DNA of 64,000 nucleotides from the human T2T-CHM13v2.0 reference genome, Homo sapiens: assembly GCF_009914755.1 (NCBI RefSeq), contig NC_060933.1; one strand, 5' to 3'. Position 1 is the stretch's first letter; each line of letters starts with the position of its first letter. Of the stretch, positions 12,840 through 24,444 are shown in pieces. The position numbers and the translations under genes are program-made. The notes beneath the pieces are model-generated. The model ran no database searches. It was not told the DNA's origin and saw only the letters and a list, made by a program, of their open reading frames with translations.

Positions 12840-14342
12840 CTGATTTTTGACAAGGAGATAAAAGCAATTCAATGGAAAAATGATTCAACAAATGATGGTG
12901 GAACAATTGAACATACATAGACCAAACAATGAGCCTCAACTTAAACCTCATACCTTACATAAAAACTCTCAAAATGAAGAATAGTCTTAAATACAAAACA
13001 CAAAATACAAAACTTTTAGGAATGTATACAAAACACACAGAATATCTTGGGATCTAGGGCTATGCAAAGATTTCTTAGACATGACATCAAAAGAATGATG
13101 GATAAAAGTAAAAATAAATAAATTGGGCTTTCTGCCCAATAGATAATTGGACTAATTTTTAGTGCCAAATTGGTTAGACTGTAGTGACCAGTTGTTTGGT
13201 CAAACCCCAAATTAAATGTTGCTGTGAATATATTTTTAAAATGTGATTAACATTTAAATGATACCTTGAATAAAGCAGATTACCCCCCATAACATGAATG
13301 GAATTCATCTTATCAGTTGAAGGCCTTAAGAGAAAAGACTTAGGTTTACCAAAGAAGAAATTCTGCCTCTACTGTAGCATAGAAATTCTGCCTAAGTTTC
13401 AGACTTTAGGCTGCAATATCAACTCTTACCTGAATCTCCATCCTGCCAGCTTTCCCTACAGATTTCAGACTTGCCAGCTCCTGCAATCACATAAACCAAT
13501 TTCTTATAATCTCTCTCCCTCTCTCTATGGAAAGAAGTATATATATTTCTCATATACATATAGTTCTCTCTCTATATATATGAAATGTATAATTTTATAT
13601 ATAAAATTATATATTAATGTATATTATGTATAGTATTATACGTAGTATATTATGCACTATATACTATATATATGGTATGATATGTAGGACAATATATTAT
13701 GTATAGTATTATGTATAGTATAGCATATATATATTATATAATGTTAATATATATCCCAATTTATCCTATTGGTTCTGTTGCTCTGGAAAGCCATAATACA
13801 AAGTTCATAAAAACAAGAACTTTTGCTCTGTAAAACCCCGCATGAAAAGAATGTAAAGATAAGTTACTTCCTGGGATAAACTAGTTGCAAATCACTTATC
13901 TGGCAAAGGGCTAGTATAAAAAATAAAGAACTCTCAAAATTCAACAATAAAAAAATAGCAAAGGAGCAAAAGACATGAACAGACATTTTACTAAAGAGGA
14001 TATAGAGAGTATATAAGTACATGAAAATATGTTCAATATCATTAGCCATCAATGTAAATTAAAATCACAAGAACATATCACTACACATTAACTAAAAATG
14101 GCTAAAATAAAAATTAATGATATCACCAAATGTTGGCAAGTAGAGAAACTGTATCACTCATGAATTGCTAGTAGGAATATAAGTTCCTAGAGTTATCTGA
14201 AAAATGGTCTGAAAATTTATCATGCAAATTTAATCATGTAAATACTACATGACCCCATAGTTACACTCAATTTATAATTTAATGTATATTCTTGAAAAAT
14301 AAGAACTTATGTTCACCCTAAACCTGCATATGAATGTTTCAA
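12840..14342 (+). mobile_element. L1MC/MD ORF2 3' fragment interrupted by an MLT2 LTR
   Basis: tgatttttgacaaggag...ttcaacaaatgatggtggaacaattg; resumes after the LTR at aacttttgctctgtaaaacc. Confidence 0.8.
13135..13800 (+). mobile_element. MLT2 (ERVL) solo LTR with an internal TA-rich expansion (about 13535-13755)
   Basis: gaataaagcagattacccccc, atcagttgaaggccttaagagaaaagac, ends cctattggttctgttgctctggaaagccataataca. Confidence 0.88.
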
Positions 14343-15269
14343 GGAGCTGGGGTAGTATGGAGGGGCTCATTTATAGTGATAATCAACCTGGCGCTAAATA
14401 AACTGCATAAATTTTACCTGAGAAGGATCAGTAAATGCTTAACTGAAAAATCTTATAAAGCTGACAAACGGAGGTCAAAACCTTACAAGCTTTAGAAATT
14501 CAGTATTTAAATTAAGGGTCTCTAATTATTCCCTAAAGGTGAATAATTCCAGTTATCTATTCGAATATTCTAGCTTTCCAGTGGTAGTACTAGGCAACAT
14601 TGATTATATTTAATTTTACATCAATACAAGTCTTTTATTCTATACATAACACATTAGTGAAATGGTAATAGAATATATATATATGAAAATTCACTCTGTA
14701 TCTACCTACTGGAGTTCTGACACAGGTTCGCATAAAGCTGGATTTGATCTTCCAGAGTACAGGCTGAAGATATTACATTAATGTTTGGCTCCTATATGGT
14801 TCTCAGTACATCCTTTGTTCTTCTTTCATCAAGCCTTCTTTAATTCCATTGGACTTTCCATTTTAATGGTGAATTAGTACATGCCAGTCCTACTGCATAT
14901 AGCCTGGGATAAAAAGCTGATCTTAGAACCCCACAAACTAAGCCCCACCAGATTGTACCAGAGTAAGGGACACTGCCCCAAACCAACTTATGTATCTGCT
15001 AGTGGACTGTAATTTAGGATACTGTAAGTTGCTCCCCAAAAGGAAAATGTGGAACAATGGGATCATCTCTCAGTGAGTTTGAATTAAAGACATGCAGAAA
15101 GAAATCAGAGTTGGCTGACATAGAAGTGAGAAAAAAAAAATGAGGAAGTAAACTGAAGCCATGAGGCAAAAGAAGCAATCCATAAGCAAAAGTATAAAGA
15201 CACATAAGCCCAACTCTTTATCACCATCACCTGAAGGGCTTTCTAGGTGTCAGACTCTCCTCTCACTTT

Positions 15270-15420
15270 CATAATAGTCAATATTCATTTACTCCTCAGT
15301 TAAGACAGGTATTAGTATCTCACTTTTACCAATAAAGAAACAAAGGCTCAGAGAGGTAAATTGATTTACCCAGTCTGATTCAAAAATCCATGCCATTTCC
15401 ATTATTCCACGCCATCTCTT
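15270..15420 (-). mobile_element. MIR SINE
   Basis: ctcacttttaccaataaagaaacaaaggctcagagaggtaaattgatttaccc. Confidence 0.7.
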
Positions 15421-16499
15421 AACAAAACAGAAGGAAAGCAGTACATAAAGAGTATTGAAGAAGGAAGTGATTTTAATTTCAAGTCAGTCATTGTTTTTGC
15501 TTTTGTTGGATAATTTCGCAGTCAATTGCCATTTTCTATATTTAGTCATATTTTGAGACATTAGTAAAACTTTCAAACCTCTAAAATTTTGTTACTCCAA
15601 ACGATGAGCTTTTCAATCAAATCTTGAAAAGTATTGACTATTAAATAATTTTAACTTCCTAAATGTAGTTCTTTATAACTTACTTCAGCTTATGAAATGA
15701 ATTGTGCCAATTTTTAGTGGGACTTCTTTTATATGCAAATACTTGCTTCTCTGTAGTAAGCCTATAGCAAACTTCTTCTGTCTAATGACCTAAGAATGCT
15801 CTGAGATTTATCTAGTGTTTTGCAGACATTGCTTCTTGGGTTCAAGGTTAGTGCTCAAGAAGACTAGATTCCTCGGTTCAAGGTTAGTGACTGGGAAGAC
15901 TTTAGAGATTTCTGCATTTTTGTGGAGCAAAATCACATTGTGACATGGCTGCTTTTCAAAGATGAATGCTTCATTCAGCACTTTGCTTCATTTCCTAATA
16001 CAATTGAAAAGTCATTTGCTGACAGTAAACCAGTGGCAGGTGTGCTTTCGTGTTGACAGCTGCTATTCTGACATGGATCACAGACAAGCTCTACTGACAG
16101 TGCTAGAACATCTGGAGCATTTGGTCAGATTTCAAAAGCTAATTTAAGTGGACTGTCTTCTTCCATTTCAAAAAATGAAAGCAATTATGGACACTGGGAC
16201 CATATTTACATTGTGATAGTATAATAATTTATTCAATTTCTTTTTTATTAAATATGGAGGCAAAGGCAGCAAAGCATGCCAATACATCTAATGTCTGGGA
16301 AGATAGTTTGTAATGTAGCTTACTGCAGTCGCCTGCTCCTATTAAGATTTCCTTTGATATTGTGAAAGCAATTGATTGACAGAAAATGAACTAAAATTTC
16401 ATCCCTATAAATATGTTTCTGAGAAATTGTTATACGGATTTATACAAAGAAAACATTTAATATTTATTGAATGAATGAATTCAGTTTATTTTTTTCTAA

Positions 16500-16760
16500 T
16501 TTCTTATTAATAATATTCATTGCCAACACTTACTAAGCAGCATTTCTGCCAACATTGTACAAACCTAATCACTTAATCTCCAGAAATACCCTTCAAGGTA
16601 ATAACAAATGACATAATTCCCATTTAACAGATGAGGATACTGAAACTCAAATAATTAAGACAACTGCCCAAACTCTATAAGTAGAAGGTAGAAAAACTCG
16701 GATTTTTTTTTTCCACATTGGTATTCCAAAGATCATGCTCTTTCTACAGTGTTTTGGTGT
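16500..16760 (-). mobile_element. MIR SINE
   Basis: cccatttaacagatgaggatactgaaactcaaataattaagacaactgccca. Confidence 0.75.
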
Positions 16761-19174
16761 TTCTAAATGACAGTATGGATACCCCTTACTTACTGAATTA
16801 ATAAGGTTAGTAAAGAAAGCATACAATTTTTCTTTACTGAAAAGTAAATACAAATATGCTTGACTATATTGTTGACAATAAGGGACTTCCTAGCAAGCTA
16901 TTCAGGTAGGAAGAAAATATTAAGTTTTATACTTGGAAATTGTTAGACAAATGAAGCAAAGGAATTTAATGTGTTTCAAAGTTCAATAATTACATTTAGA
17001 CTAAGAAAATAATGCTTACACATTCTCACGTATCAGTTACTTAATTGCTGATTATTGGGCCCTACTGGAGTGAAGGAGGAAAGTTGACAGCTGCAGGCAT
17101 ATACCCTCTGACAACAAAGCTTACATATGTGAGCATTGCTTGCTACAGATTCTGGGTATTTTAAAAGCAATGAGTTGGACAATGATGGGAACATGACATC
17201 TGAGAATTGATGCCATTTATGAACATTTTATTATGGATGGGCTAGAAAAGTTAGATTGAAACTTCACCTTTTACGCTTTCATATGACAGTATTTCATGGG
17301 ATATGTGGGCAAGAATCCAAAAATATTAATTGCAAACTCAACCACTGGTTCATGTGGGTGTATGAAATATGGAAAACACTATCAAGTAATTTATCTTCAA
17401 TGTTGTGCCAATAAGGATGTGGCCTCTCACACACTGCACACCAGAGAATGTCCATTCAAATGAGATTTGAGCATTTTATGGGTGAATGTCTGACTAATGG
17501 ATAGAGACTAATATATTCTTCTGCCTCAATATTATAAAGACTGCAGTATTTACTTACTAGTGCACACTGTGACAAATGGTCCTGTTTTATTTTTTTTTTT
17601 CTTTGATCCTACTCTTGTTTTTAGGTTACACTGGGAGCTATTTAGAAAAAATGTTGACATGGTTCGGGGGAGTGGGGGTCCATGTCAAGCAAATACTGTA
17701 GGGTTAAATATCTTGAAAGAAATATATTCTGGCACCATCCAAGAGAAAATGAACAATCACACTCCTCTGGCACCTGAAGATATTGGTCGTTGTTTGGCAC
17801 CTGAAGAAATTACCCATGAAATGAACACTTGAGGCTTGACTCATTAGAATTCAACTCCAGTGTCTTCAAATGAATAAGAATCTCTACACGGATACTGAGA
17901 AATAGAGATAAAAAGAATTGCAGAGGAAACGTCAACACTTCTTAACTACGCAGGAAACTTAGACTTAATGGAATTTGCCCCATAATGTACATAATGTCAA
18001 GGTATAATCATAGGTCAATAAAGTGATTACATTCCAAGCCAGGAAAAACTGCATATTCAATTATTCAATGAAATAAAGTCTATCTGCAAAATGTGGATTT
18101 TAATTTGCTTGCTTATACGTCTACATATTCTATATTATACAAGCTATTTTATATCTATGATTTTGTCTAATGGGTTAGAATTTTTATCATTTGTGCAAAG
18201 AGGAAAATAATTCTATATTAGAAAATTTAGACTCAGTTCTAAAAGTGGTTTGTTTAAAGGCATAAGTGCATAATGTGAAACATTTCAGAGTTTTGAGCAT
18301 GGACTTTAGAAGACTGTGTTTGTAATACTGCCAACATGTATGTATTATGAATATGTTCATTTTTTTACATAATATTTGACGTATGATATTATTTCTTATG
18401 CTTCTAGAAGACTTTCTAATATAATAAAATATCTTATTAGGGCAGATATATGGCCACAGTCTTTTCATTGTTTACCTATATAAACCTGAATGTTCCCCCC
18501 ATAATTATTGACCAGTCACCTGTTGAGCAACATCACACATTATTGACTGAGTTCACCAGAAAAAGGGAGAAAGCTGGTGTTTATAGAGTTAGACAAGTAT
18601 AAATAACCCTGTAGAGTGATTCCCTAAACCTGTCTTTATTTATCGTATTATAGTTTCATCAACTCTGGAAACACACACACATAAACATATACACATGCAC
18701 ATAATTACATGACACTTCATATATTGTGCCACTAAAATTCAGCATTATTGTAGGATGGAAAGCATCTTAACTGATTTCTTTCCTGTTTGCTTTCTATTTT
18801 AGAAATAGGCTAAGTTCAATATGTTGTAAATCTAGTACAAGAAGAAACCACGTTTGGCATTTAAGTAGGTCACAAAATATGTCCTGATTTCTTATGTTTC
18901 TGAATATACAGATAAAACTACAAAAAACATTAGCTATAAGTACCTTTCCCATTATATTATATGAGAAAATTATATCTAAATGCCTTATAAGAGATTAAAT
19001 TTTTTAATGCAAATATTAACATTTAATAAATGCAAAACTAACGAATACACCTGAAAGTTCAAAAGATTGTCCTCCTCTAGAAATTATGCATATTAAAACT
19101 AAAATAGAACCTTTGCTTCCTTTTAAATTTATTTTTTGTGTCTTAAATTACTCCTTTTATGGCCTTAGATTGTA

Positions 19175-19649
19175 CAGTTGACCCTTGAACAATGTGGGGG
19201 ACCCCACAGGTAGCCAAAAATCTTTGTGTAACTTTTGATTCCCCATGAACTTAACTATGAATAACCTATTATTGACCAGAAACCTTACTGATAACATAGT
19301 CAATTAATACATATTTTGTATGTTATATGTATTATATATTGTATTATTAAAATAAAGTAAGCCAGAGAAAAGAAAATGTAATTAAGAAAATCATTAGAAA
19401 GCGAAAATATATTTACTGTTAAGTGAAAGTGGATCATCATAAAGGTCTTCATCCTCATTGTCTTCACACTGAGTAAGTTGAAGAAAGGAGGAAGAGGAGG
19501 GGTTGGTCTTGCTGTCTCAGGAAAGCAGAGGAAAAAGAGGTGGAGGAGGTAGAAGGGGAAGGAGGCACGTTTGGTGTAACATTTATTGAAAAAATTTACA
19601 TATAAGTGGACCTGCCAGTCCAAATCTTTATTGTTCAAGGGTTCAACTC
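19175..19649 (-). mobile_element. Tigger2a (TcMar-Tigger) non-autonomous DNA transposon, complete
   Basis: TIRs cagttgacccttgaacaat / attgttcaagggttcaact, flanked by TA at 19173-19174 and 19650-19651. Confidence 0.9.
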
Positions 19650-20301
19650 TATTTATTATTCATAACAGTCATAAATAGATTGTAAATTCCTAGAAGTCTA
19701 TCAATTGTGTTTCACACTTTGAATCTAACTTGCCCCCAATTTTCTTGCCTGGTGCCTTCCCACATTGTAGATCCTCAGTTAATAATTTTCAGTAAGTTAT
19801 TGTTGCTAGGGCCCCATCTAAGATAAATGAATTGTTTAAAGTATATAACTTTGTCTTTGTATCTCTGAGAGCTAACACAACCCAAATCCTTCAAATTTAG
19901 ATGGTCAGATGATCAAGTTACATCCAAACTTCAAAATATAATTCCTGGCAAGAAATTGAGAGCTCTGTGGTTCAAAATCTTGATGATGATGGAGTGAAGC
20001 CTCAAAGATTTCTCAGTGCCTTGCAGGGTCCTTTCGTTATCAGAAAAGAACAAAGGATTAGAAACCTGTATTCTAATCTCAGACAGTATCTTCAATTCTA
20101 CTGTAGAAAAGAGTAAAGATTTCAACTGAGATGGACATGGTGGTTCTGTTTGTTACTCTATCACTTTAGGGAACTTATCCCCCTGAGACTCAGTGCTTTA
20201 TCCACAGAATGCTGATTCATTATTTTGAGTGTGAGAGATAACGTCCATCAATGGAAGAAAAGTAGTATCCTTTCAGCAAATTGTCTGGGTTTCATTGCCA
20301 T

Positions 20302-20965
20302 TGTAAACCAAAAACAAAATTATAGCTCCCGCAATTGACTTGTATGTACCCTCCTCTCAGCCAAGGCATTCCAAATTAAACTTGAAAAACTAGTTCAGGC
20401 CATGATGGAAGGGGGGAAGGGTGTCCAGACATACCTAAATGTAGCCTCCTACCTTTGGAATTCAGGCACAATTGATCAGCATTAACATTAAAACAGAGAT
20501 CTTAAGAATGACAAAGCAGACTCTTTGTACCAATAAGATACCGAACTCCAACCTAACTCTAACATAGCATTGCATAGCAGATAGCAAGCCCTGGAAGAAA
20601 TTGAAGTATTTTATCCCAAAATAAAATTTTTTGACATATTTTGAAATGCACTGCAAAGCTCTCTCTCGGGAGAAAAAAATCTACATGCTATAGAGAAACC
20701 CCTTCCCTTTCCAGAGCTTTTCCTAATCCAACAGATATTAATTAAGAAACTGGTACCTTTTTAGATCTGAAAAGAGACTAATACCATCCATTCTTTCTGA
20801 AGACTGCTACCTAGAGACTTCATCTGCATAAGAACCTTGGTCTCCACACCCCCTTATCTTAACCAAAACATTCCTTTCTATTGATTCCAGATTTTTTGAT
20901 AATTGCCAGTTAGAAAAGCTTTGAATCCACCTATGATCTGGAAGCCCCCTTCAAGTTGTCCCATG
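20302..20965 (+). mobile_element. MER4D-type ERV1 solo LTR, left part (split by HERVL18 insertion)
   Basis: Starts tgtaaaccaaaaacaaaatt...gaaaaactagttcaggccatgatgg as in MER4 consensus. Confidence 0.88.
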
Positions 20966-21588
20966 TGTCAGGTCCTGGAGTCCTGGTCCAGCCCATGCTG
21001 AAGTCTGAGGGGAGTGGGTGGATGGGCAGAAAGAACACTCAGGGGCTATAGGCAGGTGAATATGGTTTTATTCAGCGGCAGCTCTCTTACACAGCTTACT
21101 TAAACTAGCTTTCTCATTAGCAGCTTACTTTCACACTGTCCACCCTATCTTGGCTGCTTGAGCCAGCAGCCTGCATGCACAGCACACAGCCAGCTTTTAC
21201 TTGCCTTCAGGGTCAGCAGCTTAACTCTTTCTTTCTCTGAGCACGAGTAAGCTGAGCTGTGACCTGGCTCCCTCCTGTCCATCTGCAAGATGGACAGCTT
21301 TGGCTCTCTCTGTCTTTCTCTGGGTGCCAGCGCGCCCACCATGTCAAGCCATGTTGAGCCGAGCTGAACCTCAAGAGCCAAGCAAGCCTGTACAGTGTTA
21401 GCAGGGCAGTTGTACCTTTTACAGACAATAGTGGCACAGAGCCAAGTAATGGCCTTTCCATGTTATGGCTACATGGTTGTGATAACAAGTGGAGTTATAC
21501 ATCTGTGCTCTAAACTCACTGAGTCATGCAGAATGTAAACATCCTAACTTGGCCTATCCTTGACTAAGGCACAGCCATATTCCTTACA
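20966..21588 (-). mobile_element. LTR18 (HERVL18/HERV-S) 3' LTR
   Basis: Minus strand TGTAAGGAATATGGCTGTG...TGACA; near-identical partner at 23829-24444; adjacent PPT. Confidence 0.92.
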
Positions 21589-21600
21589 CTCCACCCCTTT
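21589..21600 (-). other. Polypurine tract (AAAGGGGTGGAG)
   Basis: Purine run abutting the 3' LTR TG on the minus strand. Confidence 0.85.
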
Positions 21601-22220
21601 GGCCGAGGGAGACATAGGGCTTGGACACACAGGTTTGATACACAGGTTTTGTCACACAGGCCTGCCATACAAACTTTGGGTACACACACCTGATACATAG
21701 ACAGGCTTGACCCATAAGCCTGACATACAACTGGGAATGCAGGTCCGATACATACACAAGCAACTGAGCACGCAGGCCTGTTACATACATAAGCGTTGAT
21801 AAACTGCCCATCTATTGGCACAGATTACCACAGATGTCACCTCCTTGGTGATTACCATTCACACTGCCCTGAGTTTAGCTTATTAGCTACTCCGTTTACA
21901 CCTGGTTTTAAACCATATGTTATCAGTACTAGGCTGGACTGAGACAAAAGTCCAGGCAGAAGGAGCACCCCAGGTAGACCTATCTGTATATAATGCCCTA
22001 TTACGAATTCGGGGACACCCTTCCTAACAGTGAAGGTTCAGGATCTAGGGGTGTCTCAGGCCCCATGACCTTAGGCCCCAAGGCCTTATGTTGCATTAGG
22101 ACTACAGGTCCTAAGCCTTTTTGTAACTCTGCTACTAAGGGACTTGTACTCAGTGTACTTCAATGCTCTAAGTAGGCGCCCCACATCACTAAAGTGGATG
22201 TCCGCACGTTCCAGTCCGGG

Positions 22221-22530
22221 GGGGTAGCTATCCATGAGTGCACCCATCCCGTTATTGGGTAAGTCATCTGAATGATGACTGTAGCCTGTCCTGCCACACT
22301 CTTATGAGCCTAGAGGGCAGCATATGCAGTTACTAACTGCTTCCCAGTCTGGGGCGTGGTTACCCATCAACACACCCATCCCGCTATAGGGTAAGTTGTC
22401 TACAGGATGACTGTAGACTGTCCTACCACACTCTGAGCATGAAGGGCAGCATATGCAGTTACTAACTGCTTCCCAGTCTGGGAGTTGGTTACCCATGAAC
22501 ACACCCATCCCGCTATTACTAACTGCTTCT
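22221..22530. repeat. ~131-bp tandem repeat (about 2.3 units) inside the provirus
   Basis: cacccatcccg(t/c)tat occurs near 22241, 22373 and 22502; gggcagcatatgcagttactaactgcttcccagtctggg occurs twice. Confidence 0.9.
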
Positions 22531-23808
22531 CTATTAATGAACACTGGCACTTAGCTCCCTCCCGCAGCTGGGACTAAAAGCCTACTGGCACTTCCAACTG
22601 CTCCAGCATTGTTTAGGCCCTAGCCAAAACTATCTGTGGTCACATGCACATTCAGTTTTAATAGGCACCCCTGGTTAACTACATGTAGGGCTTGTGCCTA
22701 CTGAATAGGCTGCTTGGCTGTCTCAGCCTCATCATCCAATCCCAGGTAAGAGGGGCATTGCTGTTTCTAACTCTGCAAGAGAATGAGAGGTTAGCATAAC
22801 ATCATCAATAAGACTATGACATATAGTGGAGCTATGCACATAGCCCTCCAGCAACACTGCGAAAGTCCACTGTTGCCCTCCCATGAAGGTAAACTGTTCC
22901 TGGCTCTCTGGACAAGAAGTTCCAGTTCTGTTGTCAAGTGGTCCAGCAAGTCTGTGACAGACCGTACAGCTGCCAACCCATGAAAAACATCCACCCTCAG
23001 AATATCCTCAGGCATGGGAGAGACATAAGCGGTGCATAAGTGGAGAGCCAAGCTGCCAATGCCAAGGTGCAGACAGAGGTTTCACTTCCACTGACCAGCT
23101 TCCACAGCTGCCAATAAATGCAGTTCTGCCTGGAAACTTATCTGGGTTCAGAGACCAGTGGATTGCCAAGTCCACATGTGGCTCCGGTTGTCCGGTGCCC
23201 CCTCAAGTCGGGCTTCTCGGCCAGTTCTCTTACCAAACAGAAAAAAACTACACTTCCACCAACCACAGCAGGTACTCTTTGAACTGGAATGCTAGGGCAG
23301 GACTGGGTTGCACAGCAATGTTCTTCTCTCAGACGTCTTGCACTAAGTCTGTACATGACTGTGGACCTTACTTACTTAACTCCCACAACTCAGCCAGGAC
23401 ACAGGCACTAGAGGAAGTACACTCCACCACAGTAGGTGGTCTCTGGGACCACCCCTGGACCTAATAGCTTCTCATGCTCTATTTTCTGGTGGAATACAGG
23501 GCGAGCCTGCAAGAACATATGGTGGTAGATTCTAGAAATGTTGCATCTTGCAGGGACTAGGCATGTATTTCCCGCAGCACAGTTACAAATGCCTATCCGA
23601 CTTTGCTGGCAAAGATATGTTCCTCCTTGGTGTTGTGCACCTCAGGTGCTTCAGCGCCTCCTCCACACTCACAGGGAATCTGTCCACTGCCTCCCATGTT
23701 TCCATTGAGGCTCATCCAAGCAGCACCACTGCCACCGGGTACCACAGCCCATGCTGCAGCCACATGGCTGACCGGGCAAGCCTCAGGGGCTGAAGACCCA
23801 CTCACTTC

Positions 23809-23826
23809 ATCCCACCCTTATTGCCA
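23809..23826 (-). promoter_or_regulatory. Primer binding site for tRNA-Ser(GCU)
   Basis: Minus strand TGGCAATAAGGGTGGGAT vs expected TGGCGACGAGGGTGGGAT; the three differences are all at CpG positions; 2 nt from the 5' LTR. Confidence 0.85.
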
Positions 23827-23828
23827 GT

Positions 23829-24444
23829 TGTCAGGTCCTAGGGTCCGGTTCCAGCCCATGCTGAAGTCCAAGGGGAGTGGGTGGATGGGCAGAAAGTACA
23901 CTCTGGGGCCGTGGGCAGGTGAATATGGCTTTATTCAGCAGCAGCTCTCTTACACAGCTTAAAGTAGCTTTCTCATTAGCAGCTTACTTTCACACTGTCC
24001 GCCCTGTCTTGGCTGCTTGAGCCAGCTGCCCCCATGCACAGCTGTGCAGCAGGTTCTCCCTTGCCTTCATGGTCAGTAGCTTAACTCTTTCTCTTTCTGG
24101 GCACGAGCAAGCCGAGCTGTGTCCTGGCTCCCTCCTGTCTATCTGCAAGACAGGTAGCCTTCACTCTCTCTCTTTCTCTGGGTGCCATGTGCCTGCCATG
24201 TCAAGCCATGTTGAGCCGAGCTGAGCCCCAAGAGCCAAGCAAGCCTGTACAGCATTAGCAGGGCAGTTATACGTTTCACAGACAATAGTGTTGTAGAGCC
24301 AATGATGGCCTTCCTATGTTATGGCTACATGGTTGTGATAACAAGCGGAGTTATACGCCTGCGCTCTAAACTCACTGAGTCACTCAGGATGTAAACATCA
24401 TACCTTGGCCTACCCCTGACTAAAGCACAGCCATGTTCCTTACA
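23829..24444 (-). mobile_element. LTR18 (HERVL18/HERV-S) 5' LTR
   Basis: Minus strand TGTAAGGAACATGGCTGTGCTTTAGTCAGG...TGACA; TSD ccatg (20961-20965) / ccacg (24445-24449). Confidence 0.92.

Larger units (their letters stand above)
21589..23828 (-). pseudogene. HERVL18/HERV-S internal region, heavily deleted (~2.2 kb), decayed gag/pol remnants
   Basis: Lies between the two LTRs; minus-strand gag-like peptides (LWYPVAVVLLG*ASMETWEAVD, LQARPVFHQKIEHE) with stops and frameshifts. Confidence 0.85.

Noticed and set aside
22221-22530. CRISPR-like repeat array
   Set aside because: Eukaryotic ERV context; whole units are homologous with no unique spacers and there are no cas genes
23809-23826. tRNA gene
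   Set aside because: Only the 18-nt PBS complement is present, with no cloverleaf
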